NCBI RefSeq assembly: GCF_018350175.1
Contig: NC_058373.1
Span: forward strand, 107,510,001 to 107,574,000
DNA from: Felis catus
Lineage: Eukaryota
DNA: 64,000 nucleotides
Reading direction: 5' to 3'
The notes under the pieces were generated by a model, which saw only the letters and a list, made by a program, of their open reading frames with translations, was not told the DNA's origin and ran no database searches. This document shows positions 13,637 through 27,329 of this stretch, in pieces. The stretch's first letter is position 1. Each line of letters begins with the position of its first letter. A program made the translations under genes and the position numbers.

Positions 13637-13831
13637 ATCTTTATTTTTGAGAGAGAGGGAGACAGTGTGAGCAGGGGAGGAACAGAGAGAGAGGGAGACA
13701 CAGAATCCGAAACAGGCTCCAGGCTCGAAGCTGTCAGCACAGAGCCCAACATGGGGCTCGAACTCATGAACCTCAAGATCATGCCCTGAGCTGCAGTCAG
13801 ACGCTTAACCAACTGAGTCACTCAAGCATCC
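13580..13831 (-). mobile_element. CanSINE whose tail is a (TG)n microsatellite
   Basis: SINE body 13640-13831, (TG)n 13580-13633, TSD CTCCCTTACTATAT at 13566 and 13832. Confidence 0.93.
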
Positions 13832-14864
13832 CTCCCTTACTATATTATAATCTCCTAGGGCGAGGACTATCTCTCATTTCTTTTTGTATTCCTAGAACCT
13901 AGCACAATACCTGGGGCATGATAGACCTTTGCTAAACTGAACAGAGCTGAATATTATTTGTATGAGCTATGTCCAAATACTTTTTAATATTCTCTATATA
14001 TTTATCAAGAAATAGAGAAAAAGGAATGGTGAGCTAAACTACTCATTAGCTTTAAATATTTGAAAAGCTGAACAAGAAATTAAAAGAAAAATGTTCTAGA
14101 AAAAAGAATCTCCTAGAAAGGATTCTTGCATCTGGTAACAGATAAATCATTAATTTTCTCAACTCTAAGTATGTTGATTTGCTTACTTGCTTTATATTAT
14201 AACCTTTTTTAGAAAAAAGTGAGAGGCAGTCACAGCAATTTTTGATGTCCCTCAAATTCAGCAAAGCGGTTAATGCTGCTTTAGTTTTTAGAATAATATC
14301 CTAATGATTTTCTTCACCCTGGCTAAAAGTTTATTTATTGAAAGCCCACTAAGTAATAACTGAAACATATTTCTAGAACTGTTTTCTGTTGTCTTAGCCA
14401 GATATGCATAAATCATTCCTTTGTTATAATAGAAGTCGAAGCTTGCTCTTGTGAGCAGATCACTGGGTTGGAAGTCAGGGGCCTTGGATTCTGTGCTCTG
14501 GCTCACTCACTCTCTTGGCTTCAGTTTCTTCCTAAATTGCTATGGGAATAGGATGGGAAACTAGGAGCTTATTAAGGTCCCTTCTTACTCCAAAATTCAA
14601 ATTCCACACTTTGAGAGGGCATGTTAACTCCTTCAGAATATTGAAATATTTTTATTACAGGTAAGTTCAGTAGGAGGGTTATACTTGGTTCAAAAGATGA
14701 CTTGGTCTTTTCTTAGGTGTCTCTAACAAATCTGCAACTATCGCTCTAAAAGCTTTCGTGGATGTTGTTATCAGAAAAAGGGAGTCTTGGTTTTTCAACT
14801 ACCTGTCAGGGCAGCTGCTGAGCCTCTGGGGTTAAAGTCTAGGAACTCTGGTCTTAAGAAGTAG

Positions 14865-15115
14865 TTTTTTCGTGTTTTTTTTTTTTTTTAAGTTGTATTT
14901 TTTTTTTTAACATTATTTTGAGATAGAACGCACGCGAGTGCATGTGCGCTTGCCTGAGCTGGGGAGACCAGGGGAGAGAGAGCGAGAATCCCAAGCAGGC
15001 TCTGTACTGTCAGCCTGAGTGCAATGCATGGCTCAAACCCACCAACTAAACAGAGAGATCGTGATTTGAGCCAAAACCAAGAGTCAGATGCTTAACTGAC
15101 TGAGCCACCCAGGTG
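14865..15115 (-). mobile_element. CanSINE
   Basis: T-rich tail, gagaatcccaagcaggctc...actgagccacccaggtg. Confidence 0.88.
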
Positions 15116-16052
15116 TATGTTTTTGATTGATGCAAGTTGGTTCTGTGGAAGTCCTAAACGAGTACTTACTAGATTCTGTATGCTTGAGAAGCCCAGCATA
15201 CTTATCCGGGAGGTTCTTTACTATGTTGTGCATATGACTTATTTAATGTTATTTCCTCAAACTGGATTTTGCCTTTCTCTTTGTCAATTAGAAATATGTT
15301 GGATATTTATAAGATGATATGAAGTATATAGCATCACAGATAGAATTTTTGTACTTCTTACATGCCCATCTGCATGTAATTTGGTTCCAGTAGCATTTTC
15401 TGAAAGATAGGATGATAATTACTGGTATAAATGGCTGAGTTTTTGTATTGATTATTTAGAACTGAAAAATGACTATAATAGATCCTCTCTAGATCAGACC
15501 TTCTACTACACATTTTAGTTGTACTTACAGCAACTCTTCAAGGGAGATGATGTTATCCTCCTTTTACAGAGGAAGAGGTCAGTGTGTAGAGGGAATAAAT
15601 AACTTGCTTACATTTACCCTTTAATAAAGCTGGGACTCAACTTCACTCTCTCTACTGCTAAAGACTTTATTCTTTTCTGCTGTGATATAGTAAGTGTTTG
15701 AAAATCTGTGAAAATACTAAATGTTGAGGATTTTTAAAACTCCTTGGGGATAAGAACTATGTGTTTTCATTTGTTTTCCTAACTTGACCTAATTTCTGGT
15801 AGAGAAACCCAATAAATAATATTTGTTGAATTTTAAAAGTTCTACTTAAAAGCCTAAGATTTTGCCTCAAAGAGACCATTTTATATACTATATTAATGAT
15901 AGAAAGAAATTTGAAAGCCCAGAGAATGATTTGTAGATTAGAATTATATAAAAATTAAAAGGCTGAAAGTATTGAGAGTTAGATCTCATTTATATAAAAT
16001 AGAATTAAAATATTTTGAAATCTGTTATTTTGAGGTTATGTAATCATATTTT

Positions 16053-16316
16053 TATTTTATTTTATTTTATTTTATTTTATTTTATTTTATTTTATTTTAT
16101 TTTACTTTACTTTTACTTTTAAACATTTATTTATTTTTGAGAGTCAGAGACAGAGCATGAGCAGGGGAGGGGCAGAGAGAGAGAGGGAGACACAGAATCC
16201 GAAGCAGGCTCCAAGCTTTCAGCACAGAGTCTGATGCGGGGCTTGAACTCACAAACCCTGAGTTCATTACCTGAGCCAAAGTCCAGCGCTTACTGACTGA
16301 GCCACCCAGGCGCCCT
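16053..16316 (-). mobile_element. CanSINE with (TTTTA)n tail
   Basis: TSD GTAATCATATTTT at 16040 and 16318. Confidence 0.94.
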
Positions 16317-16469
16317 GGTAATCATATTTTAGATTAATGCTTCTTAACTCTTCTAGTCTTTGTAACATTTAAACATTTTTCAGTTTTCTTAGGATTCTGT
16401 GCCCCTGATGAATCTATGAGAAATATGGAAGAGGGAGATCTTTAAAGTCAAAATGATCATGAATTGCCC

Positions 16470-16600
16470 TTTTTTTAAAAAAAAAAAATTGTAACATTTA
16501 TTTTTGAGAAAGAGAGAGCATGAGTTGGGGAGGAGCAGAGAGAGGGAGACACAGAATCTGAATCAGGCTCCAGGCTCTGAACTGTCAACACAGAGCCCGA
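16470..16600 (-). mobile_element. 5'-truncated CanSINE
   Basis: Tail plus 3' half only, ends at cacagagcccga. Confidence 0.85.
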
Positions 16601-18217
16601 TTATGAGTTGTTCTTGATCAATATTTGTTACATGGATGTGTCAGTAAAGACCCAGCGTATCCCCTACATCTCTTTATTACATAAATCCGAGTAATTTGCT
16701 CATTCATTTGTGTTCTTAGTATCTAGCATATAATAGACATTTCATAAGTAATATTTATTATGGGAAAAAAGGAAGGAGTAAGAGGAGGGAGAGAAGGAAA
16801 ACCCAGCGGCCTGGCTTGGTGCTTCTTTAGGAGGAAGAGAATTGATCAGCTGGCAAGAGGGACCATGGAATATTATAAGTGAGGATATAGCTTCTTTAGG
16901 AAAGAATTTACTGTCAGAAAACCTCTTTCCCCCAGGATCAGTGAGGCACCAAGTATTAGTCACAGGGCACTGATGTAGTCTAACAAATCGATTGGAAAAA
17001 TATAGTGTCTTTGAATAATTTCTAAGGTTTAGAAAAAAATGTGACTCACTAAATATAGCACTCTTATTCTAAGCTTTTGGAAACCTTTGCCTTTGGAATA
17101 TGGAAAGCCCTCCAGTAAAATACTACTTCGAGGCAATTCCTTATCTCCTCCCAACACTAATGAATTCAGGGCCTGAAATGGGCCCCAGCAATAGCCCCCG
17201 GCTGGCCATTTCGTCAGGAGCTGGAGTGACATTCACTCAGAGTCATTGCTGCTGGGATACAAAGTCGGTAAAGAGACATCTGGAAGTTTTAATATTTAAT
17301 GCTAGTACCGGCAAGAGAACTCTGGCTTAGGGTTTGAATTTGGTGGGCTACTAGTAAAAAAAGGAGTAAGAACTGTAGTGGCAAATAAATGTAGGTAATT
17401 TCCACATAGTCCTTCTAGCATTTTTGCATTATGAGATTCTTTTCCTAAAAACCAAAGTAAGTAGTTTCACATTCATTTGAACTCTCGATATAGACCACTT
17501 AGTAGGCTAAAATATTGCTAGAAATCAAACAGTAAACCCCAAGTCATTTTTAGTCAAGCCAGAGAAAGTCCTGTGGACTCCTAGAAGTGCATGATAAAGT
17601 GAAGTTAGTTGATGTTTTTTCTGGTTTTGTATTTCAGTCCTCTCAAAGTGTAGAAAGGTAAGTGGCTCCAAGGAGTACGTTAAATCCTTACTTTGCTCTT
17701 TATAAAATAAGAAAGACCACTATGGCTACCATATTCTTTATTTAGTTCTTTAAAGCCCCAATTCCTTAAAGGAGATTAAAGATTGAATCACTGCTACATA
17801 CTGTGAAAGGAGAACCTAAACATTAAGTAGTCTTACTGAAACTTCCGGAAAGTGCTAGAATGATCCAGATTTTCCAGTCTGGCACAGGCCCTACAAACCT
17901 ACAAGACCAACAGTCTTGATTAACACCTCAGTTTGGCAATCTGTTTTAAAAGAAACCCCACAGCCCTTGTTTGTACTCAAACAGGACAATTTCTAAATCT
18001 CATCGTCAGAAAGGTATAAATAAGATCGTTTTCAGTTGAGATCTATAAAAATTTCAAAGTCTCAGTATTTTTAAAATTCATGATTTAATGTTAGATAAAT
18101 TAGAAGCTATTTATTTTTATTTTCTGCCTGTATTTTTGTTTTTGTAGGATGATGAACTCATTTTAGATGTACTAGTTTGTATTGTCCCCTGGGAGACTGG
18201 GATTGGACGTGCTGTTT

Positions 18218-18236
18218 CAACGCCATCTGCTGGTCA
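18218..18236 (-). promoter_or_regulatory. Candidate CTCF binding site
   Basis: Minus strand TGACCAGCAGATGGCGTTG matches the CTCF core CCASYAGRKGGCR at all 13 positions. Confidence 0.6.
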
Positions 18237-18429
18237 GCTCATCTGTGGACATACTACAGCTTTTTTGAACCTGAACAGTATGTCCAGAAATTCTGGAAAG
18301 CACTGCCTTAGAATAGGAAGGATATAGGAAATTTGGAAGGAGTTTTTTTTCATAAATACATACTTTGACAAAATTTACTGGCAACATGTCACTTTAAAAA
18401 GTTTTGAAAGTAATGTATTTCTTAGTAAT

Positions 18430-18895
18430 GATTTTTTAAAATTATTTGAGTGGATAGTGGTAGAGTGGATGCACAATGTTACATTAGTGTCAGGTGTACA
18501 ACTTTAAGTGATTTGACATTTTTATTTTATTTTATTTTATTTTTTAATTTTTTTTAACGTTTTATTTATTTTTGAGACAGAGAGAGGCAGAGCATGAACG
18601 GGGAAGGGGCAGAGAGAGAGGGAGACACAGAATCGGAAACAGGCTCCAGGCTCTGAGCCATCAGCCCAGAGCCCGACACGGGGCTTGAACTCACGGACTG
18701 CGAGATCGTGACTAGAGCTGAAGTCGGACGCTTAACCGACTGAGCCACCCAGGCGCCCCAACATTTTTATACATTATTCTATGCTCACCACAAGGGTACC
18801 TACCATCTGTCCTGTTATATTGCTATTACAATATCTTTGTATTCATTATGTATTCAGTGTATGTATTCATTATGCCATTTATACCCATGACTCAC
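18430..18895 (-). mobile_element. L1 3'-end fragment (carnivore type), split by a CanSINE
   Basis: cacaatgttacattagtgtcaggtgtacaac...atgctcaccacaag...ccatctgtc is homologous to the L1 end at 35640-35760. Confidence 0.7.
18525..18759 (-). mobile_element. Young felid CanSINE nested in an L1 fragment
   Basis: CpG-rich; TSD ACATTTTTAT. Confidence 0.95.
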
Positions 18896-20515
18896 TGAAG
18901 TTCAGTTAGAGGATTTTAGAATAGTAAATATTCTGGTCCCATTGTGTTCAAATTTGAGATCTTGACAAATGATAATGGTATATATTTTCTTAGGGTTATG
19001 GGAGAAAATTTCGTCCATGTATTTTGATTTCCATTTGTGTACAAATTAAGGAAATGACATTTTTCAGGATTTTAGAAAAAGAGATTGTGTTGTGTACTAT
19101 TTTGAGTGAGGATAGCCTTTTAGTGGCATTTGGACATTTAGGAGGAATACTGGGTTAATAAGACATGTTGAATAGAATAAACCAGTTGCTATCCATGACT
19201 AAAAACATGTTTGAAGTAAAATTGAATCTCTCAGACGGAAAGGCAAACTTATTATTTCCTCCCATAGTACATCTGTTTAGGGCTGGCTGACTAATCCTTT
19301 GAGAAGTTGCTGAACTTCCTCCAAGTGCTGAAAACCTAATTCTGTTTTAAAAATAGCTGTATGTAATCTTATCTTCATACGTGTATTTTAGGAGTTTAAC
19401 AAAAAGGATAATTATTTTTACAAACTAATGATTTGTTAGACCTAAATTCCAGTTGAGGCTTTCTTTCTTTCTTTTTTTTTTTTTTTTTAAGGAGTCCTGG
19501 GAAAAGTAGTCCAGAAGAATACAGGGTTTTGGGGAAGAGAGATTGGTCTGTTGTTTTAATTTTTTTTTTTTTTTTTTTACATTTCAGTTTGATGTTAATA
19601 TCTCAAATATGTGAGAATAGGAAACTTTCTCCTGTGAATTACGATAATAGCTGTAGATGCATTAGAATCATAGAATCATGCAACAGGGTCCCTCATGAAA
19701 TTCCTTAGCTTGTCTGAGAAATCTTGTACTAATAACTCTACCAAACCAGCTACAAAGCTGAAATAAATTACATTGAAAATACATGTCAAAGTGAAATCAA
19801 CCTAAGTGTTTTTAAAACTTCTAACTAATTTCTTTGAACTCCAGCATTCATAAGCAATTTGTTATTGAAATGCTCATGACAGAAGAAAAAATAATTCTAG
19901 GGAGTGATCCTTTTCATAGACTACCCTTATTTTTTCTTTCCTGTGGTGGATTCTTCTTCACTTTGCTCCTGCACTTTTCCATAATAGTTAATAGTGCAAA
20001 TTTCTCAAGCCAGACTGGCTGTTTATACCATTACCACCTTGGGCAAGTTACTTCTTTGTGCCTCCATATCTTTATCTGTGAAAGAAATACCTCACAGCTT
20101 TGTGGTAAAGGTTAAATGAGGAAATAACTTGCAGATCACTTAGAATACTGGCCAGCATGGTACAGGCATCCCAAACCCAAAAGTGTTCACTGTTCTCATG
20201 GTTCTTCTCTCACAGGTCTCTTTCCCCTGTTCTGTATTTCTGGCATCTCTTCCTTCAATGTCCATGTTCCCAGCTCATGTGTTTCTCTTTTATGATTAGA
20301 GCAACCAATATTAATAGTTTACTACTTGATATTGTCTAGTCAAATTTTACCCTATTTTAGTCATTTCTCGATATAACACTTGGTTCTCCGCATGGTTTTC
20401 AAAGAATACTTTCAACTTCTGTGTTTTGATTGGGTTGACAGATTTTTTTATTTCCTTCCCAGGGCAGTTTCCATTGAATGAGTTCTATTAGTTATGTTTA
20501 AAATGAAGGAGAAAA

Positions 20516-20735
20516 GGGGCGCCTGGGTGGCGCAGTCGGTTAAGCATCCGACTTCAGCCAGGTCACGATCTCGCGGTCCGTGAGTTCGAGCCCCGCATCA
20601 GGCTCTGGGCTGATGGCTCAGAGCCTGGAGCCTGTTTCCGATTCTGTGTCTCCCTCTCTCTCTGCCCCTCCCCCATTCATGCTCTCTCTCTGTCCCAAAA
20701 ATAAATAAAAACGTTGAAAAAAAAATTAAAAAAAA
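20516..20735 (+). mobile_element. Young felid CanSINE
   Basis: Consensus-like; perfect TSD AAAATGAAGGAGAAAA at 20500-20515 and 20736-20751. Confidence 0.96.
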
Positions 20736-23624
20736 AAAATGAAGGAGAAAAGAACACTTAGTTAGTTAATGTGGTAAAACTAAGTGATTTGTAATGGCTT
20801 GAATACCTGTCATCAAGGTATGTCTTTTAGCACCAATTCTGGCTTGGTAGTGTGGGGGCCAGAATCACTTAACTATAACCATGGCTAAAATGGATGACCC
20901 TGGTACAGCTATTAATTTAGAGTACAACATGGTATGTCTTGTATTAGGAGTCAATGCTATGTATGGATGTCAGCAAAAATCATTTACAAATTCTTGCTTA
21001 TGAACTGTCTCTAAGATAGGTCTTTAAGCACTTCCTTATGCCATTAATAGAAGACATGAGACAAAAGGTGTGGCAGGCAGCTGTTTGATCTAGTGAACCT
21101 TTTGGTTATAAACAATGGATGTATGAGCTCTCCTGTTGATAATTATATCTTTAAAACTTTTTTTTTTTAATTGAGCTAGTTGTCCTTTTTATGTGAATCT
21201 AATTAAGATGTATTTCCTAAGTTAATATATATTTGGTAGTCTGTTTTGCTTCTTCTCTGTATTATATATAATATGTTAAGGTGGTAGTCCTTGCATGGAA
21301 GTTTACTTGTGGTTAGGAAAAAATAATGAAGGCAGTGAAAAGGATAGTGTCTTTGTTTTCCTTGCTTAATCATGGGGGCTTTTCCTCATCAGGAGCTCTG
21401 TGGTTTTGTAGCTCTTAAAACAAACACCAGCATTCTCTAAGAAAGAAGCAGTGTTTACATGTTGTATTATATCTTGTATGCTGAGATCTCTTTTTGAGAG
21501 AGAAACATATGTTTGGTGAGTTCATGTTTCTTGAAATATACATGATTCTTCAGACTGGAATGTAATGAAATAGGACTCCCATTTGAAAACCAAAGAGTTA
21601 AGGCTACAATAGAGGATAAAAGTGATCAAATGATTAGCCAGGGGCTAATAGAAATTCTGGGAAGAATGACAGATTGTGTATTAGAAAGAAATATGATATC
21701 ATATTCATTGAAGCTTTTACAACTAAAGATCTAAAAGAAATAATAGAAAATTACTGAAAGAGATGAATGTCTGAAACTTTAGAAACGCACGTGGTGTTGG
21801 ATTAATCCAAGCAAGAAAGACTGATGGGCGGATAATAAATTACAATTGTATAGGAAGTCTGCATTCCTTGTGTTCAAGGTACTTTTGTCTCTTTTTTTTT
21901 TTTCCTTGCAAGATATATTTAAGCAGCTTGCCAGTTGCAGAAAATTCAGCTCATGATTTTCAACATCATACCATATGTGTATGATTCTTTGGAATAGATA
22001 AAGTATTATAAACAAGACCCCAAATCCTTGAGTGAAGGAGGTTAATCTAAACCTTCCTTCTGTTCTGTGCCAAATTGATAGCATTTTTCCTTTTGAATGA
22101 ATGATACAGAACACCTTTTCACATACAATCAATTGCAATGCCCCAAAACTAAAAGAGTTTGAAGAAATGTCCTGTACTTCTGTTGGGCAAAAAGCTATAC
22201 TTCAACAACCATACTAATGCGGGAAAATAAATAGTCATAAACTGGAAAATGTGTGTATACATAATGAATTTTCATTGAGGAGAAGTGAGTATTTACTTAG
22301 CTGTTCTAAATTTTATTTTGCCATGTGTACATTATTTTACTAAAAAAAATTGTGTATGTGTGTTTGCATGTAATTATTGTCTATCTTCATATAAATATGT
22401 ACAAAATAGTATATTTCCTTTTTTTCTTTCTCCAGTGGTCACATAGTACTGTAATAATTGTGGAGAAGTTCAGCTACGTTTACACATGTTGTTTGAGAAA
22501 AATGCATTCTTCTTTTTAAACATTTGAGCCTTTTAATCAATTTTTCACCAGATTTTTACCATTCAGACTTGGCATTCATTTGTGTTCTTAGTTTTTGTAG
22601 GTCCAAGGAGAAAGTAAAATGTTTCCTGAAATATAAATAAGTAATAAAATTAACGTGCGTACAGAGTACACTCTTTATTCTTCTTGGACATACTCTTGTT
22701 GGCCCTTTTTTAATATACACTTAATCTCTGGAGGAAAGAGAGATTATTACTCTGTTAAACTGAAGTTCTGACTCTAATCATCTGGGTTTCTATGTACTTA
22801 AACATGTAAGCTTAAACTCAAGTATTTACATATAAATGAGTTCTATGTTCTGTAACCATATTAAAATATTTCCTAATATATGATGGAAGGTTTATAGGAT
22901 TTTTTTTATAGCTGCATCAGAAATGGGATCATTAGTAAAATGCTTTAAAAACTACTTCTTTCTTGGATCCTGTCAGATCAAATGTAAGAAATAATGCTAG
23001 CTTCAGGTTTTGATTACATAATACAGATGAGCTCTGTTAATAAAATGGAATAAAAGTTGTAAGTTTTGTCCATTTAATATGCTTAGCACTTACCACTGAA
23101 TCTTTTCTAATTAGTTTTAGAGGACAATTAAAAATGTAACTCATTATGCACTTTATTTTTATTTTATAATAACATGTGCATAATGTGTTGGGGGGAAGCA
23201 AAGAAATGGAGAGGAAGGGAGTGAGACTTCTTTGGGTGTGTGTGGGGGGGTCTCTCTCTAGTACTTATTAAACTCCTGTTTCTGTATCAGTTGTTGCTAA
23301 ACTAACCTCTAATGCCTTGAACAGGGCTGATAACATACAAACGTGTGCAAAACATCAAAAAATTTTTCATTTATAAATTCCCTGTAATTAAGACCCTTCC
23401 TTTTACCTAAATAGTTTGTCTTGGGTTTGAAATGTAAACAAAGCATCTATAATGAGCTACCAGTTATTCTCTACACAGTTATTTATCTCCATTCCTGGCG
23501 TGTATATACCTTTGGGGTAATGCAGTATGAGTTAATCTTGCACATGTTGTCAAAGCCCTAATGGACATCTGTGTTTCTGTATAAATTATTCTTTAAATGG
23601 TTAAGAAGTATAGAATTCTAATAG

Positions 23625-23729
<105 letters not shown>

Positions 23730-24962
23730 TAAGAAAAAATATTTCCCGTTGTGTCCATTAATTTATTAATTCAATAAGTATTTATTCATGATATGGTATA
23801 TTAGGCAAAGACAGGAAGGAACTGTTTCTTGGAGAAGAAAAAAGGAGAAATTTCTTCTTTTGGTGAAAAAATGAGGTGGGGAATGGGGGTTAGTGGAAAG
23901 TCCTGCCCGTAAAGGTCTTAAACAAAGGAAGGGAGTGGTTAATACTGCTGTCGCTTTTCAGCAAACCACAGTGATAAAGTTACAGCCACACTTGTGAATT
24001 TCTATTCTAAAGCAGGGTTTGAAAAAATAAATGGTTTGCAGGGATTTAATTATTTCATTTCCTGTTTTTTAACAATATTATAAACAATACTAAACCACAT
24101 TATACTTCCTTTCTCCCTTATTTAAAAAATACTGGGTTCTAAAGACTATTGACTCATCTCTTTTTATGGGAAAAAAAACAATTCTGTTTTTCCTTGCACA
24201 GGAAAAGAAACTTTGCGAAGAATAAACTCGAAAAGACAGAATAAATTCTTTTAAATGTCATCAAGTTATTTCACATAATTTCTAAACCATAATACAAAAA
24301 CCTATCAGACTTTTTGATGTAAATATTTGGCTGTTGTGCTCTAATATGTGAACTTGTTCTGGACTGAAGGGCAAGTTTTCGAAATTAACTTTTTAGCTTT
24401 TGCAACTTGGCTTCCATGAAAAAACTCTACTTAGACAACTGCAAATACATATTTATAAGGAAAGTATGGTGTACTTCAGATCTGAATAGGAATCGAAGTC
24501 CCGCATGATTTTTCATCAGCAGAAACTATTGTGCCTTTGTGTAGTACTTTACAGTTTATAGGGTTTCCACATTCATTATCACATTTGGTGTTCACAACTG
24601 CCTCATCTACAGCTTTATCTAGTTACTTTTACATTTTATGCTCTTAGTTTGATGAACAATTGCTATAAGAAATAGCTGTGTTAAATTCACTTTTGCATCG
24701 CTGTGAAAATAATGAGGACAACTTCTATTACTCAAAAAAATTCTATGTGACAGGTTTATTTTAAGGTTTAGGGCTAAGAACTCAAGGCCATGAGAAGTAG
24801 AATCAGGAATGTTAGACTAAGAGTAAGGAGACATGTTCTATCCATGTGACATTCAATGACCTCAAGAAGTTTTACTTCTTTTGGCCATATGACTTAATTC
24901 TGTGGTTTGGGTTTCTTCATCTGGCTTAATGGGGGTACCAGTGTTCTTAAGAACAACTTCTT

Positions 24963-25187
24963 TTTTAAAAAAAATTTTTTTTTTCAACGTTTATTTATTT
25001 TTGGGACAGAGAGAGACAGAGCATGAACAGGGGAGGGGCAGAGAGAGAGGGAGACACAGAATCGGAACCAGGCTCCAGGCTCCGAGCCATCAGCCCAGAG
25101 CCCAACGCGGGGCTCGAACTCACGGACCGGGAGATCGTGACCTGGCTGAAGTCGGACACTTAACCGACTGCGCCACCCAGGCGCCCC
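24963..25187 (-). mobile_element. Young felid CanSINE
   Basis: Perfect TSD TCTTAAGAACAACTTCTT at 24945-24962 and 25188-25205. Confidence 0.96.
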
Positions 25188-27126
25188 TCTTAAGAACAAC
25201 TTCTTAAGAAAGTTGTTGATATGATCAAACAAGATATTATATATTCAAATGCTTTTTGTAAGCTGATAGCATAGTGTAAATGTGGGGAATTAAGAAATTC
25301 CGTAATGTTGTGTGTCAAATATACCCGCAATTAAAAATAAAGAAATTTCAATAATAATAACTACATGAAAGGTGAATTTGCCCTGTCTGCTCTGCCAGGA
25401 AGGTCAGAGTCAAATTTGAATGTGTTGCATAAACTGTTAATCCTAATAGTTGTCACATGTGCTTTGCCTTCTTCTTGCTCCTGGATTTGGTGACTTCTGT
25501 TTAAATTTTTATTGTCAGATGTCTTTGTGGAAAGAGAAGGGATAAAAATGTATATAAAATTTCAGAAATAATTAAGGTAGCATAAGACAGAACTGCCACT
25601 AAAATTTAGGTCTTCTTTCTGTAAATGCGATACTTTTACCATAGCTTCAATTTAAATCAATTGCAATTTGCTTGGGATTTTTTTCTGGTTTGTCTAAAAA
25701 AAATAATAATAAACTCCCATCTTATTCATCTTAGTGGAAAATTGATTACAATGGTATTTTTATATGTCAGAAATCGATTTTTAAAGCTATACTTCAAAAT
25801 ACTGTGGCCAGTTTGTATCATCTCGGTTTTGGAAAATTGCACATCTCTTGGACAGCCTCATCTTGTTGTACATGAAATGTACATTTGCTTACTTTGGACT
25901 TCAGAATTTTGAAGAACATTAATAAGAGACTATATTAGTTGGTCAGAATATAGATAAATCATGAATCTTTAAAGCTTGATGCTGTAAAATAATTAAGAAA
26001 CAAATGTTATGGTAATTAACAACTGTCTAGGGCAGTGTATTTTAAAAGTTACATAGCAGTATTTCTTCTGAGTCAATATGATATTGATATGCTTTTATTT
26101 TAGGGTTTGACAATAAATTGCAGTTAAGGTCTTTCAGGTGTGCTTATTTTCTGTGAGATTTGATGTACCTTTGTGAAATATAAACCTCTAAAAAGATGTT
26201 ATCAAAAAGAAACCGTATGTTCACAATATTCTGATTTCAAAAATTACTGTTAGAAGTCAGAAACTATAATACTTAATCCCAAACTTGTATGAGGCATTGG
26301 TATTTTTCACAGAATAATTTATATTTTAAAAATCTATGGCTGTTAAAAGTTGGAAGCTCTCTGTTAACATTTAATGATCTTGTCAGGGGAATATGATTGA
26401 CACAATTAAGTTGTCTTGCATTTGAGTTACATAATTGATATGGGATGTGAGTAAGATCCTAATTCAGAACATATGATACTCTTGTTCCATTCCATTCGAG
26501 AATGAAATTAAAGCAACTTATAAATAAATCTGGTTTTCATTAAAATATGGAAAAAAGCATCTGCATGCCAAAGCATTTGCAATACAGCTAAGGATTTAAA
26601 CTCTATATTTCATACTTGGAACATTTTTATCATATAGGATTAAATCCACAGATCAAACAAGTTTTTTAGGAAGTATAAAACTTTTTACTCTAATTCTTTT
26701 GGCTTAAAGGAATGTATATTTAGATTACAGTAGGAAAACAGGGGTTCGGTTAGATAATTCTTTTTCCCCCTTAGGAAAAAATTTAAGGTTAGTATATTCT
26801 TCTAAAATTTTGATTTATAAAAGATGCTTATTTAATAGGTGCTTTTGGAGATTATGTTTTACTGGTTTGTATTTCTCAGGCTGGGTTTTATTTTGCAAGT
26901 TTAATCACCTCTCTTTGGAAACTATCCATCGCCAAACACAATTCAGTTGACTGTGACATGCACATCAAATCTAAACTAACTTTACTGTGCATTACTATAT
27001 TGCCTTATGGTTGAATGGTAAAGAAAAGCACTGTATCTGCAATTGGCTTTATTAATGTACCTTAAGAAGACATGATTAACCAGTAGCCAAGCCAGGGACA
27101 GAGAAATTATATTTTGCAATAAAGTT

Positions 27127-27329
27127 TTATTTGTTTGTTGGTTATTTATTTATTTACTTTGAGAGAGAGAGCTTACGCCAGCAGGGGAGGGCCAGAGAGG
27201 AAGGGAGAGAGAATCCTGCACTATCAGCACAGAGCCTGCTGTGGGGCTCGATCTCACGAACCGTGAAATCATGACCTGAGCCGAGATCAAGAGTTGGACA
27301 CTGAATTGACTGAGCCACCCAGGCACCCC
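27127..27329 (-). mobile_element. CanSINE
   Basis: TSD AATAAAGTT; ends actgagccacccaggcacccc. Confidence 0.92.

Noticed and set aside
20516..20600. tRNA-like A/B boxes
   Set aside because: These are the tRNA-derived heads of CanSINEs, followed by a CT tract, poly(A) and TSD; they are not tRNA genes.
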